From Thermoanaerobaculia bacterium (lineage in GTDB: Bacteria > Acidobacteriota > Thermoanaerobaculia > Gp7-AA8): a stretch of DNA of 41,888 bases. The notes below the pieces were generated by a model, which saw only the letters and a list, made by a program, of their open reading frames with translations, did not search any database and was not told the origin of the DNA. This document shows positions 16,156-23,359 of this stretch, in pieces; position 1 is the first letter of the stretch, and every line of letters starts with the position of its first letter. A program made the translations under genes and the position numbers. The stretch is from assembly GCA_016650215.1 (NCBI GenBank), contig JAENWF010000010.1, positions 1-41,888 of the forward strand. The letters run 5' to 3'.

Positions 16156-16830
16156 TTGACCGGAACGTCTCCTGTTTCGCCCCGACGGATGCGCCTCCGT
16201 ACTTCACTTGTCGTCATTGCCGTGATTTTCATCACAGGTGTTGGTGCATTCCTCGCCTGGCGCTCCACGCAGCGCGCGATGAGAGCCGCCGTCGCCAGCG
16301 TGATGGAGAGGAAAGAGCAGATCGTCGACCTCGGCGCGCTCGTCACGCAGGTCCGTGAGCTTTCCCGCCTCGAGACCGCGGCGATGCGGGTGATGCACGT
16401 CAGCACGATCTCGCAGTCCTACGACCTGGTACCGAACGCGCTCGCGGGCGATGAGCTGACGTTCCTCGCGACGGGCGACGTCATCGCCGGAATCGACCTC
16501 TCGCTCCTCCAGCCGAAGGACGCGTGGCGCGACACGGATGGGACGATCGTCATGCGACTCCCGCCGCCGCAGATTCTGATCACGCGCGTCGACAACCGCG
16601 AATCGAAGGTTGTCACGCGGAAGACCGGGATGCTGCGCCGCTCAGACATGAACCTCGAAACGCGCGCGCGGCAGAACGCGGAGACCGGAATCCGAACCGA
16701 GGCGCTGAAGAAGGGGATCCTGCCGATGGCCGCGAAGAACGCCGAGGCGAAGCTCGCGAAGTTCCTTCACACCGCCGGGATTCAGAAGGTCCGCTTCGAG
16801 AGCAGTTCCTTCGCAAGACCGACCGAGTAG
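16156..16830 (+). CDS. DUF4230-like protein with an N-terminal membrane anchor
   Basis: One TM helix, then RLET...ATGDVIAGIDLS...LPPPQIL...GILPMAAKNA. Start is 16156 (TTG, SD GGAGGA) or 16189. Confidence 0.8.
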   Translation: MTGTSPVSPRRMRLRTSLVVIAVIFITGVGAFLAWRSTQRAMRAAVASVMERKEQIVDLGALVTQVRELSRLETAAMRVMHVSTISQSYDLVPNALAGDELTFLATGDVIAGIDLSLLQPKDAWRDTDGTIVMRLPPPQILITRVDNRESKVVTRKTGMLRRSDMNLETRARQNAETGIRTEALKKGILPMAAKNAEAKLAKFLHTAGIQKVRFESSSFARPTE

Positions 16831-18218
16831 CGGAGGGCCGCGCTCTTGTTCAACGTCTCCTCCCACTCCGTCGCCGGATTCGAGTCGTAGACGATGCCGG
16901 CGCCAGCCTGCACATAGGCGCGCCCGTTCGCGAGCACGATCGTCCGGATCGTGATGCAGGAATCGAGATTGCCGGAAAAGCCGGCGTACGCGACCGCGCC
17001 GGCGTATGGCCCGCGGCGCGTCTGCTCGTAGTGGTCGATCAGTTCCATTGCGCGAATCTTGGGCGCGCCGCTGACGGTGCCGGCGGGAAAGCATGAGAGG
17101 AATACGTCGACCGGCGTGCGATCTTCGCGCACGACTCCTTCGACGTCGCTGACGAGGTGCATGACATGGCTGTACCGCTCGATGCGCCGGAAACTGGTCA
17201 CTACGACCGATCCGGCTCGCGCTATCCGCCCCAGGTCGTTGCGCCCGAGGTCGACGAGCATCAGATGCTCCGCGTTCTCTTTCGGATCGTCCAGGAGCGC
17301 GGTCGCGTACGCGGCATCTTCGTCCGTGGTCTTCCCGCGCGGGCGCGTTCCGGCGATCGGTCGAGTTTCTGCGCGCGTGCCGGTGACGCGGACGAGCATC
17401 TCCGGAGACGCGCCGACGAGCGTGCACTCATCGCTGCGGAGGAGAAACATGTACGGCGACGGATTCACCGACCGGAGCGCGCGATAGAGCGTCAGCGCCT
17501 CCGTTTCAGGAAACTCGGTGCTCCATCGCTGCGAGAGAACGATCTGAAAGATCTCGCCCGCGATGATTTCCTCTTTCGCCTCGCGCACCATCGACTCGAA
17601 CTGCTCGCGGGTGAAGTTCGACTCGAAGCCCGCGTCGGACGCGCTGTGCGGCAGATCGAGCAGATCGACTTCCGCTCGCCGCAGCGTCGCGATCGCCCGC
17701 TCGAGTCTTCGCTCGGCTTCCTCGACCGACGCGTTCGGATCGGACGTGAAGAGGTTCACTACGACGTAGAGCCGCTGGCGTACGTGATCGAAGACGACGA
17801 CGTTGTCGAAGAAGAGGAGCTTCGCGTCGGGCGCGCCGAAGTCGTCGGGATGTGAGTCCGGGATCTTCTCGAGCCAGCGCGAGACGCCGTAGCCGAAGTA
17901 GCCGACCGCGCCGCCGAAGAAGGGCGGGAGCGCGTCCTCGTTGTGGACGCGGAGCGGAACGAGCTCGCGATTCAGGAGTGCGGCCGGATCGGGGGTCGAC
18001 GCGTCGAACACCAGATTGCGGCGCGGCTCGAAGCCGACGAAGGAGTAACGGCCGAGGTTTTCTCCCCGCTCGACGCTCTCGAAGAGAAACGCCTCGCTGC
18101 CGGCGGGAGAGAGCGCGGCGAAGGCCGCGACCGGCGTGATCGCGTCGGCGCTCAACTCGCGAACGAACGGGATCACATCGTAGTCGCCGCGCAGCCGCTC
18201 GAATTCATCGCGATTCAT
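16782..18218 (-). CDS. trpE: Anthranilate synthase component I
   Basis: FLFESVE, GEIFQIVLS, NPSPYMF, RPIAGTRPRG, EHLMLVDLGRND, FPAGTVSGAPK and QAGAGIV motifs. The 3' end overlaps the convergent gene by 49 nt. Confidence 0.92.
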   Translation of the reverse strand: MNRDEFERLRGDYDVIPFVRELSADAITPVAAFAALSPAGSEAFLFESVERGENLGRYSFVGFEPRRNLVFDASTPDPAALLNRELVPLRVHNEDALPPFFGGAVGYFGYGVSRWLEKIPDSHPDDFGAPDAKLLFFDNVVVFDHVRQRLYVVVNLFTSDPNASVEEAERRLERAIATLRRAEVDLLDLPHSASDAGFESNFTREQFESMVREAKEEIIAGEIFQIVLSQRWSTEFPETEALTLYRALRSVNPSPYMFLLRSDECTLVGASPEMLVRVTGTRAETRPIAGTRPRGKTTDEDAAYATALLDDPKENAEHLMLVDLGRNDLGRIARAGSVVVTSFRRIERYSHVMHLVSDVEGVVREDRTPVDVFLSCFPAGTVSGAPKIRAMELIDHYEQTRRGPYAGAVAYAGFSGNLDSCITIRTIVLANGRAYVQAGAGIVYDSNPATEWEETLNKSAALRYSVGLAKELLSKRTF

Positions 18219-19545
18219 CGAAGACCTTCATGAAGAGCTCGTGCTGACGCACAGCCTGCGCGCGGAGGAGCTCGAGTCCGTCGAACACCTGTATGCCGGC
18301 GGCGCGAAGTCTCTCATGCCGCGCGGCGATCTCTGCGCCTCCATATGCGGCTTCGACGTACGCCATTCCGGCGCGTGGGGAAAACTGCACATCGCCGGCC
18401 GCTGTGGTATTGATGATGATCTCGCCGTCGAACGAGGCGAGACGTTCGAGCGGCTCGGTGCGGTCCCAGATCTTTCTCGCGTTCTCCTCGGTGCGGTTGA
18501 AGAGCGTCACGTGCATTCCGGCGCGCTGAAGCGAGACGAGCGCGGCGCGCGCAGTGCCGCCCGCGCCGATCAGCGCGACTGATTTCCGATCGCGGCCGCA
18601 GAGCTGGCTGAGGATAAAGTTGAATCCGTCGACGTCGGTGTTGTCGGCGAGGATCGTCTTCTCGAGTTTGACGAGCGTGTTGACCGCGCCGGCTTCGATC
18701 GCGTTCTCACCGATTTCGGCGTTGACCCTCTTTGCGAACGCGAGCGCGACTTCCTTGAAGGGGGCGGTGACGCTCAGTCCGCACGGCTCGCCGTTCAGAA
18801 AGTGTTCTGTGATCTCGTCGAACGATTCAATCGACGCGATCGTGTAGGCGGCCGGGACGTTCTTCTGGCGGAAGAGTGGATTGTGAATCGAGGGGGAGAC
18901 TGAGTGGCTTGCGGGGTTTCCGACGACTGCGAACACTTTTGGTTTCTGGGGGGCGGCGGCATGGCCGCCGCACTCCATATCGAGCGCGCGTTGGAGCGAG
19001 ATCTGGCCGGGGGCGGCGGCCTTATCTTCCGACGGGGCGACGAAGACCAGCTCGGAGCCGAGGAATGGCGCGAGGATTCGCGAGTAGATGCCGCGCTCGC
19101 CCATGCCGATGAGGGTGATGCGCGGCTCGTGAACGAATGAGAGCAACCGCCGGTTGTCTGCAAAGTTCCGCGGCGTCACCGCAATCTTCGCGTGTGCGCA
19201 GTTGCGCGCCAACATCGCGGGGACAAGCGCGTCGAGGTCGGGCATCCCTTCGAAATCGTGAAGCGAGAGAACCGTACGCGACGCGTCCTCGATCTCGCCC
19301 GGATACTCGACATCCACCAGTTCGATGCCGGCGTCGAGCACTCGTCGCTGCAGCGCGCGCGAAGGACTCGCTCCGCGGAAGGTCATGATGATCGTCTTGC
19401 CTGTCGCAGCGCGAAAGACCGCGGGATCGAATTCGCCGAAATGCTCCGCGCGCACTTCAACTCCGTCGTGCTCGCCGTCGATCGCGCGGATTGCGGCGAG
19501 CGCAGCTTCGGAGTTCTTCTCGAGAATCGTGACGAAGAGCTTCAT
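18205..19545 (-). CDS. Bifunctional type I 3-dehydroquinate dehydratase / shikimate dehydrogenase (AroD-AroE fusion)
   Basis: N-terminal VEVRAE, LSLHDF, AKIAV, IGMGERG, AAPGQ. C-terminal HSVSPSIHN, SVTAPFK, GAVNT, NTDVDG, IGAGGTARA. Start moved to ATG 19545. Confidence 0.9.
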   Translation of the reverse strand: MKLFVTILEKNSEAALAAIRAIDGEHDGVEVRAEHFGEFDPAVFRAATGKTIIMTFRGASPSRALQRRVLDAGIELVDVEYPGEIEDASRTVLSLHDFEGMPDLDALVPAMLARNCAHAKIAVTPRNFADNRRLLSFVHEPRITLIGMGERGIYSRILAPFLGSELVFVAPSEDKAAAPGQISLQRALDMECGGHAAAPQKPKVFAVVGNPASHSVSPSIHNPLFRQKNVPAAYTIASIESFDEITEHFLNGEPCGLSVTAPFKEVALAFAKRVNAEIGENAIEAGAVNTLVKLEKTILADNTDVDGFNFILSQLCGRDRKSVALIGAGGTARAALVSLQRAGMHVTLFNRTEENARKIWDRTEPLERLASFDGEIIINTTAAGDVQFSPRAGMAYVEAAYGGAEIAARHERLRAAGIQVFDGLELLRAQAVRQHELFMKVFDESR

Positions 19546-20222
19546 GTCTGCAGAAGCTCCATCCGCTCGCGCGCGGCGTTCGCCCGCTTCTCGTCGCCCG
19601 CGCGCAGCCACATGCTCTGCAGATTCGCCAGCACGCGCACGAGCGTCTCGCGTCCGCTCCACGAGCGGAGATGCTCGCTCGCCAATTTCCCGCGCCCGCC
19701 GGTCATCTGCGAGAGCATCGTCGCGATCTCGGGGACTGTCAGTGTTGCGCCGCCTGCGAACGGATCGACGTAGATCTCATTCAGCTCGAAGCGCACCTTC
19801 ACGATGTAGTGTCCCGGCAATCCGACGCCCGACGCGTTGAGCCCGAGACGCGCGGCAACGTGCAGAAAGATGATCGAGAGCGCGATCGGAAGACCTGCCT
19901 TCCGGTCGATCACTTCGTTGAGGCAGACGTTCCGCGGGTCGTAGTAGTTCTGGATGTCGCCGCGATAGCCATCGGCGTCGAACATTTCAGCGTGCAGATG
20001 CCCGAGGCGGAAAACGGGGGGGTCGCTGGCAGACGCGCGTTTCGCGGCGCGCGCGCCCAGATCATCGAGGCGCATCAGATACTCATCGACCGAGAGCTGC
20101 GGATAGTCCTCGAGCGCGATCAGCAGCGCGCCGCGCGCGAGGTTCTCATTCGCAATCTCCCCCGCCGCAAACTCGCGGAACTGCCGCCTCGCTTCGGCTC
20201 TGTGAACGAAGACGGAAGACAA
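19542..20222 (-). CDS. SirB1/transglutaminase-like protein
   Basis: YRGDIQNYYDPRNVCLNEVIDRKAGLPIALS and GVGLPGHY...DPF motifs. TTG start at 20222 is inferred. Confidence 0.85.
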   Translation of the reverse strand: MSSVFVHRAEARRQFREFAAGEIANENLARGALLIALEDYPQLSVDEYLMRLDDLGARAAKRASASDPPVFRLGHLHAEMFDADGYRGDIQNYYDPRNVCLNEVIDRKAGLPIALSIIFLHVAARLGLNASGVGLPGHYIVKVRFELNEIYVDPFAGGATLTVPEIATMLSQMTGGRGKLASEHLRSWSGRETLVRVLANLQSMWLRAGDEKRANAARERMELLQT

Positions 20223-20229
20223 GCGACGC

Positions 20230-20239
20230 AGTGTAACCT
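20230..20239. promoter_or_regulatory. Overlapping divergent -10 hexamers
   Basis: AGTGTAACCT holds TACACT on the minus strand and TAACCT on the plus strand. Each is 7 nt from a start codon (TTG 20222, GTG 20247). Confidence 0.55.
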
Positions 20240-20246
20240 CTGCGCG

Positions 20247-20993
20247 GTGAAGCTCGAACGAACAGAGGCGATCGTCCTCCACACCTGGCCGTCGCGCGAG
20301 CGCGACAAGATGGTCGTGTTTCTCACGCCCGACCACGGCAAGGTGAAGGGGTGGGCGTACGGCGCGCGCGGGATCAGAAGCCGCTTCGGTGCCGCGCTCG
20401 AGCCGCTCGCGAAGATCCGCGTCGGCTACGCCGAGCGCGAGTCGGAGGAGGCTGTGCGGATCGAATCGGCGGAGCTGATCCGCTCGCTCTTTCCCGCGCA
20501 GCAGAATCTCGTCAGCAGCATCGCAGCGACGTACATCGCGGAAACCGTCGATACGTTTGCCTCGTCGGGCGATCCCGCGGAGCTGATCTACCGGCTGCTC
20601 GACCGATCGACCGAGGCGCTCCTCGGGGATGTTGCGGTGCAGTCGGTCGTCGCGTATGTCGAGGTGTGGATGCTCCGGCTCGCCGGTATTTTTCCGTCGA
20701 CGAAGAACTGCATGCAGTGCGGAGAGCCGATGGGGCGGCCGCTGCGATTCGATGTGAAGCAGGAGGGTTTCATCTGCGAGTCGTGCGCAACGCGCGACGC
20801 GTTCGTCATCAGCAACGACGTCGCTGACGAGCTCGTCGCGATCGGGAGCACGCCGGTGGCCGAATACGCGTCGCGCGCGATATCTCCCGCGACAATTTTC
20901 GAGGTCCGCTCACTCGCCGGCTCGATCCGCCGCAGCTTCCTCGGGCACGAACTGAAATCGTTCGAAGTGCTTGCGAGCGTCATCGCGCGATAA
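20247..20993 (+). CDS. recO: DNA repair protein RecO
   Basis: EAIVL...ERDKMVVFLTPDHGKV...GARGIRSRFGAALEP, CMQC/CESC zinc finger and ELKS C-terminus. Start moved to GTG 20247. Confidence 0.93.
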   Translation: MKLERTEAIVLHTWPSRERDKMVVFLTPDHGKVKGWAYGARGIRSRFGAALEPLAKIRVGYAERESEEAVRIESAELIRSLFPAQQNLVSSIAATYIAETVDTFASSGDPAELIYRLLDRSTEALLGDVAVQSVVAYVEVWMLRLAGIFPSTKNCMQCGEPMGRPLRFDVKQEGFICESCATRDAFVISNDVADELVAIGSTPVAEYASRAISPATIFEVRSLAGSIRRSFLGHELKSFEVLASVIAR

Positions 20994-21000
20994 TTGCGCG

Positions 21001-21462
21001 ATGCGAACTGCACTTGCCGCTCTTCTTCTCCTCGCTGGCTGCGCAACAGTGCCCGTTGTCGACGATCGCGCAGCCATCAACACGGTGATCGATGACTGGC
21101 ACCAGGCCGCGAGCGTCGCGGACGAGTCGCGCTACTTCGAACACATGACCACCGACGCCGTCTTCATGGGCACCGATGCAACCGAGCGATGGGATCTCGC
21201 GGCCTTCCGCGCGTTCGCACATCCGCACTTTGCGAAAGGCACCGCATGGACGTTCAAGCCGCGCGGCCGGAACGTGATGGTCCATGGCGAGGTCGCCTGG
21301 TTCGACGAGGTGCTCGACAGCGCCTCATACGGCGAATGCCGCGGAACCGGAGTCCTGCGCCGGGAGGGCGGACGGTGGAAGATCGCGCACTACAACCTCA
21401 CGATCCCGATTCCGAATGATCTGGCGAAAGAGGTCGTGGCAAAAATAAGAACTCAACCCTGA
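21001..21462 (+). CDS. SnoaL/NTF2-like lipoprotein
   Basis: Lipobox LAGC, FMGTDATERW, VAWFDE and WKIAHYNL motifs. Confidence 0.9.
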   Translation: MRTALAALLLLAGCATVPVVDDRAAINTVIDDWHQAASVADESRYFEHMTTDAVFMGTDATERWDLAAFRAFAHPHFAKGTAWTFKPRGRNVMVHGEVAWFDEVLDSASYGECRGTGVLRREGGRWKIAHYNLTIPIPNDLAKEVVAKIRTQP

Positions 21463-21547
21463 GCGAAGCGAAGGGTCAACGGTGGCACCGGCAGGGTGTG
21501 CCGCGGTGCCACCGTTGATCCTTCGCCGTCTTCGCGGCTCAGGATGA
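21456..21547. repeat. CGTC-family REP doublet (REPIN-like), copy 1
   Basis: ACCCTGAGCGAAGCGAAGGGTCAACGGTGGCACCG...CGGTGCCACCGTTGATCCTTCGCCGTCTTCGCGGCTCAGGATGA. Near-identical arms occur inverted at 33473-33570. Confidence 0.92.
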
Positions 21548-21554
21548 ACCCCCA

Positions 21555-22499
21555 TCAAAACGACGTCGCCCAGGTCGCCATGAGCGCGCCCAATGTCGCC
21601 TCCCGACCCGTGAAGCTGTGGTCGGCGTTGCGCATGATGGCGAATTCGAAGTTCTCCCGAGGGCCGACTGCATCGGCCATTGCGGAAACGGCGGCGGAGA
21701 CATCGGAGAGGTACTCGTCGTTCTCGCCGTAGATCGCGAGTACCGGCTTCCGGATGGTCTTCAGACGCCAGAAGGGCGGCTTGCGCGAGAGCTTCACATC
21801 CTCGAGCGCTTCGAGAAACGGAAAGACGTTGTACTCGCCGTCGGGATTCGCCATGTCGTAGAACGAGCACCAACTCATCGGCACATCGGAGATCGCCGGG
21901 GGAACCAGCTCCATACCGCGGCGTGATTTGATCATCGCCTTCGCGCGATCGAGCGTTGCGTGGAACTTCCGCGGGCCGAGCTGTTCGTAGAACATGCCGG
22001 TATCGTCGCCGCCGGCGACGAGCAGGTAGCTCGCAACCGGATTGCGGCGCTTGAGCTGGTCGTAGATGACGATCTTGTTCGCGCCGGTCGAGTGTCCCGC
22101 GAGATGAAACCGCGAGTAGCCGCGCGCGCGAAGCTCGCGGATCGCGCCGTCGATATCGGCGACACATTCGCGAATCAATTCGAATGCCGCGCCGCCCTGC
22201 ACATGGCTGCTCCGCTTTCCTGACCGGACAGCGAGCCGCCGCATCACATGCGCGCCGCGGTTGTTGAACGGAAAGAACGCGAGGCCCTGCCGCACGATCT
22301 CTGCCGCAAGCGGATTCGTCCGCTTCGAGTCGAAGATCGACGAGCCGCCGGTGCCGTGAAGCCAGATCAATACGTCCTTCGCGGCTCGAGCCGGCTCATA
22401 AAGAAGCCCGCCGAGCTCGATGCCGTCCGCCGCCTCGAACCTTATGAGGCGGGAGGCGGGTTCCGGATGATTGCGTTTCTTCCTGAGTCCCAGCGCCAC
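21555..22499 (-). CDS. Alpha/beta-fold hydrolase (DUF1749-like)
   Basis: HGTGG, nucleophile elbow GHSTG, GENDEY and ADHSF (Ser-Asp-His triad). SD AAGGAGG before GTG 22499. Confidence 0.9.
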   Translation of the reverse strand: MALGLRKKRNHPEPASRLIRFEAADGIELGGLLYEPARAAKDVLIWLHGTGGSSIFDSKRTNPLAAEIVRQGLAFFPFNNRGAHVMRRLAVRSGKRSSHVQGGAAFELIRECVADIDGAIRELRARGYSRFHLAGHSTGANKIVIYDQLKRRNPVASYLLVAGGDDTGMFYEQLGPRKFHATLDRAKAMIKSRRGMELVPPAISDVPMSWCSFYDMANPDGEYNVFPFLEALEDVKLSRKPPFWRLKTIRKPVLAIYGENDEYLSDVSAAVSAMADAVGPRENFEFAIMRNADHSFTGREATLGALMATWATSF

Positions 22500-23359
22500 A
22501 GTTCCTCCTTCGTGAGATGCACACCGCCAAGCCAGTCGTCGATGCCATTGAGTGCGATGTCGTCTTCACCTGCGAGAACGCGCTCGCCGCTCGGTGTCAT
22601 GCTGAAGATCGCTCGCTTCTCGCTTCCTTCGGTCAGCGTGATCAGCGGAAACTGCCGGCCGGCGAGCAGATGGATGTGCCGCAGCACCTCCGTGTCGCCG
22701 AGTCCGAAGCGCGGCTGCGATGACCAGAATCGGCTGAACAGCGTCGGAAAGTCGGCCGCGCCGTCTGCGATGAACTCGAGAATCCGCTGTTCGATGATGC
22801 CGAGGCCGTTGCGCGTGGAGGGGAATCGCGCCGCGTGCAGCGCGAGACCTTCACGAAGGAACGGAAACTCGGATGCCGATCCGCTGATCAGCGCGTTGAG
22901 GACCGTCGGGTCGTGTGCGATGTACCCATCCCACGCCTCTCGCGCGAGCGATGCCATCTCGCGCGTCGCGGGGCGCCGGCGGTTGTAGAGCTTCACGAGA
23001 TCGTCGGTCTCCACCTCGGCGAACGGCTTCTCGTGCCAGACGATCGAAGTCTTGCCGACCGGGAGCCGCTGAAGCAGATAGATGAAGTGCAGCAGGCAGT
23101 AGAGATCGTGCTCGAACCAGAGCACGACCTCGTCATGCGATGCGCTGATGATCTGTTCCTGTTCGAAAAGCCGGTTGCTGACGCGCAGCAGGTCCTCGCC
23201 GTATGCGCCGGCGAGAAAGCGCGCGCGCATTTCGATCCAGGTGTCGCCCGGACGCACCGGGCCTGCGACGAGCGCCTCGCGGAAGACCACGTGCTCGCCC
23301 GGAATCCCGGAGCGCCGCGCGTGCACCGCGACGACATCTCCGTTATGAATGTGCATCAT
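22442..23359 (-). CDS. DUF1835-family protein
   Basis: MHIHNGD, REALVAGP, VVLWFEHDLYC, FPSTRNGL, GLGD and WLGGVHL motifs. ATGA coupling to the upstream gene. Confidence 0.85.
   Translation of the reverse strand: MMHIHNGDVVAVHARRSGIPGEHVVFREALVAGPVRPGDTWIEMRARFLAGAYGEDLLRVSNRLFEQEQIISASHDEVVLWFEHDLYCLLHFIYLLQRLPVGKTSIVWHEKPFAEVETDDLVKLYNRRRPATREMASLAREAWDGYIAHDPTVLNALISGSASEFPFLREGLALHAARFPSTRNGLGIIEQRILEFIADGAADFPTLFSRFWSSQPRFGLGDTEVLRHIHLLAGRQFPLITLTEGSEKRAIFSMTPSGERVLAGEDDIALNGIDDWLGGVHLTKEELWRWDSGRNAIIRNPPPAS

Noticed and set aside
16163-16186. ECF-sigma-like GGAAC-N16-CGAC upstream of the DUF4230-like gene
   Set aside because: Weak -10 match and a single instance. An SD-led TTG start upstream explains the region equally well.
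19671-20246. Long N-terminal extension or fusion on RecO
   Set aside because: It is antisense to the SirB1-like gene, and RecO homology starts at GTG 20247.
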